Of a DNA stretch of 64,000 bases, positions 42,530 through 54,249 are shown piece after piece. How positions within the stretch are numbered: position 1 is the stretch's first letter; the number at the start of each line of letters is the position of its first letter. The DNA lies in contig NW_018408902.1 in NCBI RefSeq assembly GCF_002113885.1, forward strand, positions 892,550 to 956,549, given 5' to 3'. Position numbers and translations under genes: made by a program. The notes under the pieces are model-generated. The model searched no databases, was not told where the DNA came from, and saw only the letters and a list, made by a program, of their open reading frames with translations. The DNA comes from Mizuhopecten yessoensis (taxonomy: Eukaryota).

Positions 42530-43256
42530 CCACCATTAATGTTCTATTGTAGTGATATTCTGTGAACTAAACCCGTGTTAAGAGACCACCATTACTGTTC
42601 TATTGTAGTGATATTTTGTGAACGAAACCCGTGTTAAGAGACCACCATTACTGTTCTATTGTAGCGATATTTTGTGAACTAAACCTGTGCTAAGAGACCA
42701 CCATTACTGTTCTATTGTAGTGATATTCTGTGAACTAAACCCGTGCTAAGAGACCACCATTACTGTTCTTTTGTAGTGATATTTTGTGAACTAAACCTGT
42801 GTTAAGAGACCACCATTACTGTTCTATTGTAGTGATATTTTGTGAACTAAACCCGTGTTAAGAGACCACCATTCCTGTTCTATTGTAGTGATATTCTGTG
42901 AAATAAACCCTTGTTAAGAGACCACCATTACTGTTCTTTTGTAGTGATATTTTGTGAACTAAACCCGTGTTAAGAGACCACCATTAATGTTCTATTGTAG
43001 TGATATTTTGTGAACTAAACTCGTGTTAAGAGACCACCATTACTGTTCTATTGAGTGATATTTTGTGAACTAAACCCGTGTTAAGAGACCACCATTACTG
43101 TTCTATTGTAGTGATATTCTGTGAACTAAACCCGTGTTAAGAGACCAGCATTACTGTTCTATTGTAGTGATATTTTGTGAACTAAACCCGTGTTAAGAGA
43201 TCACCATTACTGTTCTATTGTTGCGATATTTTGTGAACTAAACCTGTGTTAAGAGC
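42530..43256. repeat. 56-bp minisatellite, about 13 copies
   Basis: Unit ATTACTGTTCTATTGTAGTGATATTTTGTGAACTAAACCCGTGTTAAGAGACCACC. Confidence 0.96.
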
Positions 43257-43700
43257 CAAACTGTTATGTCAGAGACCAAATGTATGGACTTCCCTTGGGT
43301 GGTCTCATAATACACATTTCATGGGACTGAAGACCATATCACACCAGACGGCAAAATGACCTATATATCGGGGAAATAAAAATGTTTAGTATGATATGTA
43401 CATATAGGACACTACAATCTGGAGCTCTCAGAGGACAGTTGGGGTAGGAAGATGGTTGATTCAATTTTATAATGCCATTTCTTATTGCGGTATACAAAAA
43501 ACACATACAGGATATATAACAGTTCAATTACATTATCTAATACTTCTAAACAAACCCTATACCTTCCAATGTGTCTTAGTTTAACTTTGTTGACTGTCAC
43601 TTAGTGTAAAATAATTTTCCTCAAGAGCCTGATTTAAAGCAAGCTGGAAAGCATTAGTTACAATTGACACTGAAGGAGAACCGTCCCTGCTAACCGCACT

Positions 43701-43742
43701 CGTTTCCAAGCTGTTGTGTGCGTTTCCAAGCTGTTGTGTGCG
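43701..43742. repeat. 20-bp tandem duplication
   Basis: CGTTTCCAAGCTGTTGTGTG twice. Confidence 0.95.
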
Positions 43743-44397
43743 AAACAATCACAAAACATTGCTCGTAATATAAAACCATCCTAATCTAAATCAGTCATCC
43801 CAAATCTGCAAATTGCTGTCCTCTTATTGAACAATATGAGGAGTAATATTAGCCTCAGGGATGTAGTTCCTGTGTCTAAAATAACATAAATGAATCCACA
43901 GCCTGGGTTGTCCCCCCCTTTTATCCAATATTTAAGGGTTTTCTAGTTCCTTAAAATTTATCTGCCTATATATAACCAGTAAAATTAAGCACCAGCTTGG
44001 GTTGTTGCCTAGCTGTATCAACTACTTTTTTTAAACATCACTTGTAATTTTGCAGATTCAAAATCACATGCATGTAATACAAACACTTAAAACACAAGGC
44101 TATTGATGACAGCAGCATTTAAAAGACAAGTGGCAACTGTTGATACACCTTCAGCAAAATTAAATACTATGTAGCTCAGGAAACATCAGATATTCTGCTT
44201 AGCAAAGTAACAGACTACACTATAACTGCTTCAAAATCAACATACATCATTGGTCCCTGTGGTGCCCTCATTTGACAGGTGTCGCCATACTAAATTATAT
44301 CAGCATCCAGACATTGATAACCTTCAAGTAGTCAAATATGGCTGCACCAGGCATAGCACAGGTTCAAGCCAATATTGCAGCCCAGGTACAGTATTAA

Positions 44398-44480
44398 CTC
44401 ATTCACCCCTGAAGACACATGTTAACCCTTCCAATTCAAAGGTTGGAATTGTTCATTATGAAATTTCAGGGGTGAACGAG
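44398..44480. mobile_element. 83-bp TTAA-flanked MITE (piggyBac-type target)
   Basis: TTAA-CTCATTCACCCCTGAA...TTCAGGGGTGAACGAG-TTAA; TIR match 15 of 16. Confidence 0.8.
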
Positions 44481-45669
44481 TTAATATACATTGTACAGGT
44501 AGCTATCGGTCATTTACAATAATATGTCAGAGAAGATTTTCTCCAAATTTCACTGTTTAGCGTGTGCATTTTTATGTGCATTCCAATAATCTTTATCACA
44601 TGAGCGTTTGATACAAAGGCAGCCAGTCTAATCTGAAGCAGACTGCCAAGTGTGGTCACATTGACAAATATGAAAACAGCAGCATGACAAAGTTCTGTTA
44701 CACCTGCTGTCACCACATATGAAAGAATCTCAGTTCAGCTACTTGGAGAGCATGCAATATGCATAGGTAAATATAATTGGCTTGACATGTATTGTTTAAT
44801 CTTGGATATTAACATCAGGCAGGTTCATCCTACAGAAAACTACCTGTATAAAATATCAACTGTACATTGCAAATAGGTGGTCATTTTACACAGGCTGTCA
44901 CTTTAAACAGTGTAAACATTACAATATATGGTACATATATATCCAGGTGGTCACATTAGACAAGTTATCAACATCAGATGGTCTCTTTAGACAGGTTGTT
45001 GTGGAGTTTAGTTCCCTTAATTTATTTGATTTTACTGGAGATAAATGGTTTCCATATAAAAAACAACTTAATGAAAATCCTATACATTTGGAAAGCAGAA
45101 AATGGTTGTCAAGCTCTCAAGAATGCATTTAGATTAATACAAAGTTTCAAGTATAATTTAGTACGACAATCCCAGTCACATATTCTGCTGTTTTCATGTA
45201 GAAATCAAAACAAGATGTCATTATCACTTCTATGTACACAGTTATACAAGAACATCATTACCAGCATTTTATGTCCAAAATCATGTCCACTTATACTAAG
45301 CTGTTAATAGGACGTTAAACAAAATGAAACCAAATCAAACCATGTCCAAAATATTTACCAAGAATGATTTATGTCATACAAATTCACATCAAAACAGGTA
45401 TTGTACGTAGGTGTTTAAAATTATGATCAATTTCCATTGATCACAGTTCTGCTAGATGGGATACCAGGGATAAAAAAAAAAATCTATTTTGCTTTTACGA
45501 AAGAAAAATGACAGTCATGTTTTAACCTGGTGTCAATTGACAACTTAAAATGTGAAGAATTCACGACAGGTAAATGGTTCACAATTTTTGCATAAATTAT
45601 ATGAAATAAATGATTAACTCACCTGAAGTATAAAGCTATCCAGGAAAACAACACTAATGTTGTCATCAT

Positions 45670-45754
45670 CTATGATTACAGCATTACTGAGCTGGATTGA
45701 TGAGACTTCTATGATTACAGCATTACTGAGCTGGATTGATGAGACTTCTATGAT
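45670..45754. repeat. 39-bp tandem duplication
   Basis: CTATGATTACAGCATTACTGAGCTGGATTGATGAGACTT twice. Confidence 0.95.
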
Positions 45755-47285
45755 ATGGTGATCATGAAAACACATTAGTGATTTTATTTTCTACTGTTTC
45801 ACTGGTGAAAAATACTTTTGCTTATGAACAGGTATTGGATACTTAAATTTAACAAGATCATTGTATATATTTCTCCTTTACAATGTCAGAATAATGGTCA
45901 TATTATTATGATCTGTAAGATAATTTCATGAAGCTAAGCACTGTAGCATTTAACAAGTGAATGTGCCCAATTATCCAACGCTAGGCAGTAAGTGTAACAT
46001 AAAGTCGTGTCATTTTTTTCAAATCTAATTAACACTTTTATGAAGAAATTGCTAAATAAATACATTTTAATTATTATCGGAAAACACCTTCAACTTATGT
46101 AATAGAACTTGCTTGGAGATAAAAGTGCAGAAAATTCAAATGACGAAATTTGATATTAAACAAATTCGTAAAAAAATTCCTGAGTAAATATGCTGATTTA
46201 TTGCATACCTATTGAATCTTTCTATATTGATACAGCCAAGTTGCAGGCCATACAATACAAGGTCCATTGTTTCAATCTGTGATAATACAAGATGTATTAC
46301 CCCAGTAGACAAACTCCTTTCATTGATCAAATCAACGAATGGAAACAAAAATGGGTTCCTAACATTTTGGTGCAGTTTTACGCTCTGGTAACATGACGTC
46401 ATTATTCCTTCCTTGACTCTTTTTTGTCCAATATTATCAATTATTGCGCCAACGATTATATTTCACTAGATCTAAAGCCCGCATAAAATATATCCATACT
46501 CGTACATGTAATACACACGAGCAATCTAAGTCGTTACATCACCAAAAAAGCGTGGCATTACCAATATATCGTATTTAATCTGGAATAAAAAAAATGCAGG
46601 TCTAATGAATAATTTTAATATTTCAAAAAAAACTTGGACATTGAATAACAGTTAAAGAACTTGTGTTAAACAGTTGTTAAGCTTATAATACTTACCCTGA
46701 TCAGAAGGTGTATAATGTTTGTATTGCTGATATATCTGTATACTCCACATACCTTACATGTGTCACACAATACATCCTGTGTTCCCTACCTAATAAACAA
46801 TAATCAGTCTTACCTGCTGGTTCACCTCAGCTGATTACCAAAGGAAATAACAGTTATCACATAATCTCAGAGTAAGGTCCCACTGTCCAGCAGTCCATGT
46901 TACTGGTCAAGTTCAGCTTCATAGAATTAGAAGCTGGACATAACAACACGTAGCCGGTCAACACACTACTAAGGTAAATCACAAAAGATACAATTTCCTG
47001 AAAAGTCTCCCAGCCAGTTGGCTATGAAGCTGTATACATCCAATATCCTCTGATGGTGAGAACAACACATGGCTAGGAAGCCTCCCCAGCACTGGCTATG
47101 AGAGAGACCAGGAGATGTGGCTATGTGGCTGTACACAGTGGTAGCTATAGGGTGACTGGTCCTGATAATACACTGTAAAGATGTAACAGTGGGGTCAGGG
47201 TCAATGTGTCAGAATCAAGGGGCTAGTTAGTTAATAAGGCCTTTCCTTGTGTCTTATTCTGAGATGTCATATATATATATATATT

Positions 47286-48225
47286 ATAAAAAGGGATTAA
47301 ATGTCCATGTGAAGGAAGTAAATATAGAAAAAATAAGATTAACGACCTACTAAAAAACTAGCTGCTTTCACCCTTCACAGGGCTCTTCATGTTTATTCAA
47401 AAGAACAACGTTGTGACGTCACAATTACAAGTCATCACACTACAATAGTAACGTGACGTCACGAAGTACACAAGATTGGTGGACAATTTAGTGTAAAATT
47501 TTACTGTGGCCTGTTGAGACTTGGTTTCAATATTTTGATCAGTTGGTCTTCTTTCGTTTCTCTTAAAATAGTGTCCGATGAAAATAGTTGATACAAAGGT
47601 AATACATTAAATTTATCTCCAGCACATTCATGAATACGTTTGTTAACATGAAGATTTCGTAAAGAATCAGTTCTAGTTTGTTGTCTATGTACAGTCATAC
47701 GTGTTCTGAGTTCATTACCGGTTTGACCGATGTAAAAATCACCACATTTAGAACAAACTATTGCATCAATTACATTTTTTTATTTACAATTCATATTTAC
47801 CTTCACAGTAAATTTCAAACCATTCTTGAAAATGAAAGTATTACACTCGATAATCATAGGACATGTAGCACATCTTGGTGTCTTACATTTGGATACTTCT
47901 GGTGTTACACAAGAATTATCAAACTTAGAACATGTCAACATACGTTTCAAGTTCTTAGGTTGGCGTCTACAATGTAAAATAGCATGTTTATTAAAAATGT
48001 TTCTCATACGCCTGCTCCTTTGCTTTAACCCTTCACATTTGTTCTTTATCACAGGAAACATATTTCAATTCCGTGGATTGAAAGTAGAAACATAAGGAAC
48101 TAACTTTGATTCATCCTTTAGTTTTTGTAGACGGGAAGTAAAGGGTCCCTTTTCAATAGCTTTCTGTATACCATGTTCTATTATCTCAGTAGGATAACAT
48201 TGAGCTTTAAGGTATTGCTTTAAGA
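47286..48225 (-). mobile_element. Decayed Penelope-like element 3' fragment (linker, GIY-YIG endonuclease, terminal region)
   Basis: One frame reads LKAQCYPTEIIEHGIQKA...PYVSTFNPRN*NMFP...KCKTPRCATC...MNCK*KNVIDAIVCSKCGDFYIGQTGNELRTRMTVH...RETKEDQLIKILKPSLN, with two in-frame stops. The element ends at a (TA)n tract. Confidence 0.88.
47344..47397 (-). ncRNA. Minimal type I hammerhead ribozyme-like motif with C3-to-A core variant, in the Penelope-like terminus
   Basis: Minus strand reads AAAC-AUGAAGA-GCCCU gtga AGGGU-GAAA-GCAGC-UA-GUUU. Stems I and II are present; the motif itself spans about 47358-47394. Confidence 0.65.
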
Positions 48226-49744
48226 TTTGGATTTGTGTCGGATATAGATTTATGTAGCTTCATATCACTGTATGTAATTGTACAAAATTAAATTGTACAT
48301 TTTTCTAAAGTTAAGTCTACAGTATCTGAAGGTCGAGGATACTCAACAAAATAGAAACATATAGGATTCACAGTATTTTGTTTAAATGTATGAAATTACA
48401 ACGGGACAATTGTAATATCCTGATAAAACACTAAAGAACTTGTCAAGTCGGTCGAAAATGAAGTCTATAGAATTAATTATAGACTGTTTGCATTGGTTTA
48501 CTTATGAGACTCAGGTTATTGTTCAACCATCACTTTCACACACTGCTAAAGTGAAAGTAGCCGAATAGTGAAGGAGAGAAATATTAGTTGTTGTCAATCA
48601 TGTGCACAATGAGTGGAAGCTCTTTAATTTTCATACAATGTAATAACAAGTTATTGTTGATCAGTACACTACACACTCTACCGAAATCCTCCTGACAAAC
48701 CAAACAAAAAAAATATTATCGTTTTTGAGAATTTATTTATTATAAGAAAATATATATCGGTAACTATTTTACGATATATAATTGTTGCATGCATAAATCC
48801 TCTTCAATTTTTAATATTGAAAATTCAATATTTGAAATTCAAAATGAGTGATTAAATCATATATATTGATACCAGGTTTGTATGAATTAATACTTTATCA
48901 GAAATCAACAACATCTGACAAAATTAAAACCAGTCAAGTACTGTATATTAAATCCATACAAAACATATCATAGTCATAAATGAAGTTTACAGATTACAAT
49001 AGGAAACACACACTAAACCACATGACTGACACTCTTCCACAGGAAACCCAACATGTCCATTTCTATGTAATAAGCAAAGATAATGACATTCCCCAGCATC
49101 ATCAACTTGTCAGCAGATTTCAATTTATCAAGACAAATTTGATTCTTTTTCACATAATCTTGAACTAATTTATCACCGATTTTGCATACAAGCTCCTGTG
49201 TCTTTTGTCATCTGGATAATGAGAGAAGCGTTAATCTGTTACGAAGATCTAATGACCATTATCAAGATGCCGGTATTCTCCATTAATGTCACAACATGCA
49301 ATCACACCACACATCAGTGCTACCAGATTGAATCTTTTCACCATCCATCACAGTAGCTACACTGCACGCTATGAGAGTCATAAAGGTACAGGTTACGGTT
49401 TATACCTTTTATAAATTACACAAATGTAGGTATACCCTACCCAAGATTACATACATTTAAAGTCGGAACAAATCACTAGTCCATGTTTTTAAGACCAGTT
49501 TAAAATGTAACCTTTAAAAATTCTCAAGTTGAGTCATGACATTTATTGTAAGATGCTGATCATGAATGTATATAGTACACAGTATATAGCAAAATACATC
49601 TCAAATGTTATATCTATAGGAGTCAAAACACTCTGACATAAGTTTAAGTAAGCTTAAGCTGTATTATAGGTCACCGACTCCCGAGATTTAACGAACAATA
49701 TAGCAGTCTTAATGAAAGCCCTGTTGTAATTGTTCTGAACAAGA

Positions 49745-50620
49745 CAATGTCTTCCTAGCTGTGCATGTAGGTACAAGTATTGTATTAAGTAAGACATTTT
49801 ACTAAAGTTGTTCTGGTCTGCCTAGCTGTACACGCAGGTACCAGTATCCTAAGACATTACCCTGGTTGTTCTAGTCTGCCTAGCTACATACATGAATTTG
49901 AAGGTACCAGTGTCCCAAGACATTTTATCCTGCTTGTTCTAGTCTGCCTAGCTGTACATGAATTTGAAGGTAATAGTATCCTAAGACATTTTATCCTGCT
50001 TGTTCTATTCTAGACTACCTCGCGGTACATGTAGGTATACCGGCCAGCACCTGAAGACATTCTACTGTGGTGACTCTAGTTTGATTTGCCATCTATAAAT
50101 TTACCAGGTACCAGTAACTTAAGACATGTTACTTTTTAACATTGTTCCATTCTGCCTATCGCTAGCTTTAGATGTAAGTACCAATATCTTATATTCTGTT
50201 CTGGTCTATCTAGATTTCTGTGTAGGTAGTCCAGCTGGACATTTCACTAGTCTCAAACTATCGTGTGTAACCCTTATAATTATTGTCTAGCCCTGATTAA
50301 GGTACTGCTACCTTCGTACATTTTACTGTGGTTGTTCCAGTCTACCATATATGTACAGTAGGTATCCCGAGATATTGTATCCTGGATCATATTGCTCTAG
50401 TATTCCAGTAATATAAAGCTATTTATATCCTTAAGATTTTTTTTTACATTTGTTGTTACGGGATCAACTTATTGCTCTAGTCTATCGAGCTGTACATAAA
50501 GGTACCAACATCCTTAAGACATTTTACAATGGTTGTTACGGACCAACTCATTGATCTAGTCTACCAAGCTGTACACACATATATATATATAGGTATCAAT
50601 ATCCTTCAGACATTTTACAC
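49745..50620. repeat. Old degenerate tandem repeat, about 60 bp
   Basis: AAGACATTTT...GTTCTAGTCTGCCTAGCTGTAC...AGGTACCAGT recurs. Confidence 0.75.
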
Positions 50621-53600
50621 TGATAGTTCCAGATTCCAGTCAGTAACAAGATTTCATCTCTTTAGTTTTCATTGTATTCTATCTCCATGTTCAATTCCAA
50701 GTCTTATAATATTCAATTACATTTTTTTTCAGTCTTCAATTATATTTTTTTTTAAGAAATTGAATGAAATGAGATGTTAAATTGTGAACACTTTGTAGAT
50801 ATCTACATCTGCATGCAGCAATAACCAAATCAATGAAAGTGCATTGGGACAACGGAAAATTTCTTTTCGGAATGAAGTCTATTACCAGGGACCTAAAGAA
50901 AACAGATTTTAAGTAAAACTGTGTCACGCAGAGGGTAAGTGTGGCAGTCAATTGAATACATGTAAACATAATGTGAAGCAGTGATCACATCTTCCGTCCT
51001 ACTTCGAGTGATTAAAAGGCATGTACAAAAAGCATGTCTACAGGTTGAATGGCCATTGTTGTTTATTGTACATGTACATGTCCTTGAGCAAAACACTTCC
51101 TGTGATTGGACCAGCTTTTCTACCGAATAAGGTGAATGTGCTTATCCACAGACACTGTGAATGAATCTCCTTTGAATGTAAGGTGAATGCATTGTCAAAT
51201 TCAGGCCCTATAGGTGTCAACACCAGTCTACATACTTGAAGAGGATGGGTTGCCACTAGGGGGAGTGGCGGATGATTGGGGGATGGGAGAATAGTAAATG
51301 TGTTAGAATGTCAGAAATTATATTCAGAAGTATTGTCAAATGCACACACCATATTATTTTCAAACACAGTTGAAAAATAGAACATGACAACTTTGCGCAG
51401 CTCTGAAGACCATTTTCCATCTGATTTGTATTTGCTTCACTTTTTTGGAGCGAAGATTTGATACTGCAGAGACATTGACGAGAACCAATGTCTTTTTTAT
51501 CTATCAGGAACTCCACACAAATGGATTACATTGTCCCAAATTTAGGCAACACAAGGCTTCCTCTGCATTTCAGACACATCCTCATGTGTCTATATAGCCC
51601 TTACCCACATTAACACGCTTAGTAAAGCAAATAGATTCCTTGCCTGTCTAACTCTATTAGGAACTGCATCTGGGAATCATGGACGTGTGACATAAAACAG
51701 TAACAACTATGAACCTAGAAAACTGACAGACCACACAGTAATAAGACATGACAACAGAACAGGACAGAACTGTAAGTCATTAACATTTTCACATCAGCCA
51801 TACCACTCAGGGCACAGGTTAACAATATTTTGACATTTCAATTATTATTTCAAGGTCAGAAACTGGTGTTGGGTGTATCTGGTAAAATATTTTGATCTAT
51901 AACCACTGGTTGCTCTTTCACATCTTATCATTCAAGGCAGCGATCAATAACACTTTCACATATATCCCAAATGTATGTCCTAAGCCGAGAAACTAGAGTG
52001 ACAGTGCTGACAATGAAATTTGTCACTGTTTCCTCTTCACTTATATTTATTTAAGTAATATACATCGAACAAACATCCGACTCTTAGAATCAGCAGTGAT
52101 GTTTTGTGACTCAGATATATCTGAGTGAGTCCTGACCATGACCATTTAGTGTGGGACGTCTCATGAACTATTTCAGGCCCACTATATCGCTTTGGGGATT
52201 CATCAAAATTTTAAAAAGATGTTCAGGACTTTCCTGAAAAATAATCTACAAATTAAACTGTATCATAGCCCAATATTGGACAGTATTGTCATTTTTATGA
52301 GACCTTCATATATATATATATATCTTTTAAGGTCAATATAATTTTCATTGCTCAGCATCTTTCAAGGTATTTAATATGAATAGGCCAATTACATTTTCAC
52401 TCGTCACATATCCTTAAATTAATTTCGGTCAGTGCCTTTTTCCAACAGCTGATTACTCACCAAGGTCAATGAAATGCTGTGGTCTATATCAGTCTTTCCA
52501 AATAATTTGTAAAAGTAAAACAAATAGAAAGTGTTGATAACAAACAAATATTGAATTAACACTGCTGAACTTTTTTCACAAGACAACTAGAAGGAGTTAT
52601 GAGTTGAATTACAATTGTGACCCTTGGTTAATTTGTAACACAAGTTTGACCTACTTTTATACAGTCCGTTAATATAGCACACATATGAATATGAACTTCA
52701 TGTTTTGTCATCAAGTACACCTGTGACAGTGTTTTTAATTAAGGATCTAGAATATAAGACAATTTTCTTAGTCAAGCTCTTAGTAGCTACATAATGAAGG
52801 TGTTGCTCTGCTTCGTTTCTATTGAAACAGATGACATAAGCAGATTATCATATACACCCACTCAGTACTCGGGCAATCAAAACCTGTTCAGGAATAACAA
52901 GCTGGTTTAATATACAACATGATTCATTATCAGAGGATTCCGTCTTATAAGGGTACAAGTACACAAATAATTAGAACACTGCAGGTTTACCAATTAAGTG
53001 TACATACATATGGTATCAGTTTATTGAATAAAAAGATGTAAATGTATGTTTATGTATATATACATGTATATGTCTCAGAATTTATATCCTCAGATCATTA
53101 ATGCACAACTTAAGTAGATCCAGGGGAGTTAGCTTGTATGTGGGCGTCTGAGTTTTCAGCATTATCATGCTTTAAATAAAGTACTGAAACAACCTTACTC
53201 TCAGGTACCGAAACCAGGTACCTTAGAATTTCCATCAAACCTTTCCTTACCCCCGCCCCCTTACCCCTACATTTTTGGGAATCACTACAGCACAACTAAA
53301 CAGAAATCAACATTAAAACACAAACAGCGAGAGATAACAGGACATATCTACATCATGTTATGTAAACAATGTTATGTTTACTCTTTATCAATTTTTACCT
53401 TGGATATTTGCATAAAGTTTACCTTCTAATTAACGATGGTCGACTTTAGGGCTACCTGGCTCTGGCACCTGTCAGAACTGGACAGTGGTTCTACTTAGAT
53501 AATATGTGGGCCTATTACAACGTCTTATGGCAATTACTGCGACAGGTAAAATGACTAAGAGGGTCACACCCCGTCGAGGGCCCCGACTGACATTCCCCAT

Positions 53601-53875
53601 CCTAAAACATATGTTTCTCATCCGCATCGGGTCATTTCGGACTTTCTTGAAATCTCTCGGACTACAAGTGCGAACAGAACTCGTCCAATTAGGCATGCAT
53701 TGTGGTATTTAAGCGGATAAGCAACACTTTCTCGACTTGTCACACTTTGCACACCTGAACATACCTGAAAAACAGGTGACAACGGGGAATTGCTACCCAG
53801 TTGAAAAACAGAATCAATAATGAAATTACGAATCAAATCTGTCCTTATTAGAACACAGCAGTATTGAAAACTTAC

Positions 53876-54030
53876 CTGCGACACGTAGAAGTAACTCCAT
53901 ACACTACATTTCACGCGATTTTATATCGTAATCCGGCAGACAGTCTACAATGTCGCTCAAACTCAATCACTCCTACAGGGGGCGCTGTCATGACAGGTTC
54001 CGCCGACACCTCCAGACAAGTCACGTGATT
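53876..54030 (-). promoter_or_regulatory. Candidate promoter and non-coding first exon of the PPP1R16-like gene
   Basis: Consensus donor CAG|gtaagt at 53875 on the minus strand. CpG-richer segment with a CTCF-like motif CCTACAGGGGGCGC (53972-53985) and an E-box GTCACGTGAT (54020-54029). CpG depletion appears to end here. Linkage to the gene is inferred. Confidence 0.5.
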
Positions 54031-54224
54031 AGATCTACCACAGGTACAAAAAATATAGTCGATATTATACCACTCTTAAAGTAGTTTTACTCTCTTTTTA
54101 TTGTTCTTGGAGAGAAATGTTGAATCCGCGAATACTGCCAACATTATATGTTTAAATTAGAAATTGGTTTGATATAAGAATATTTAGAGAGTTTTGATAG
54201 CAGTTAAAAAATTGTTAATTGCAG

Positions 54225-54249
54225 AAGAGACGTATATATTACGTCTCTG
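54225..54249. mobile_element. 25-bp palindromic micro-element with 7-bp TSD
   Basis: (A)AGAGACGTATATATTACGTCTCTG flanked by ATTGCAG on both sides; a related copy is adjacent at about 54254-54286. Confidence 0.65.
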
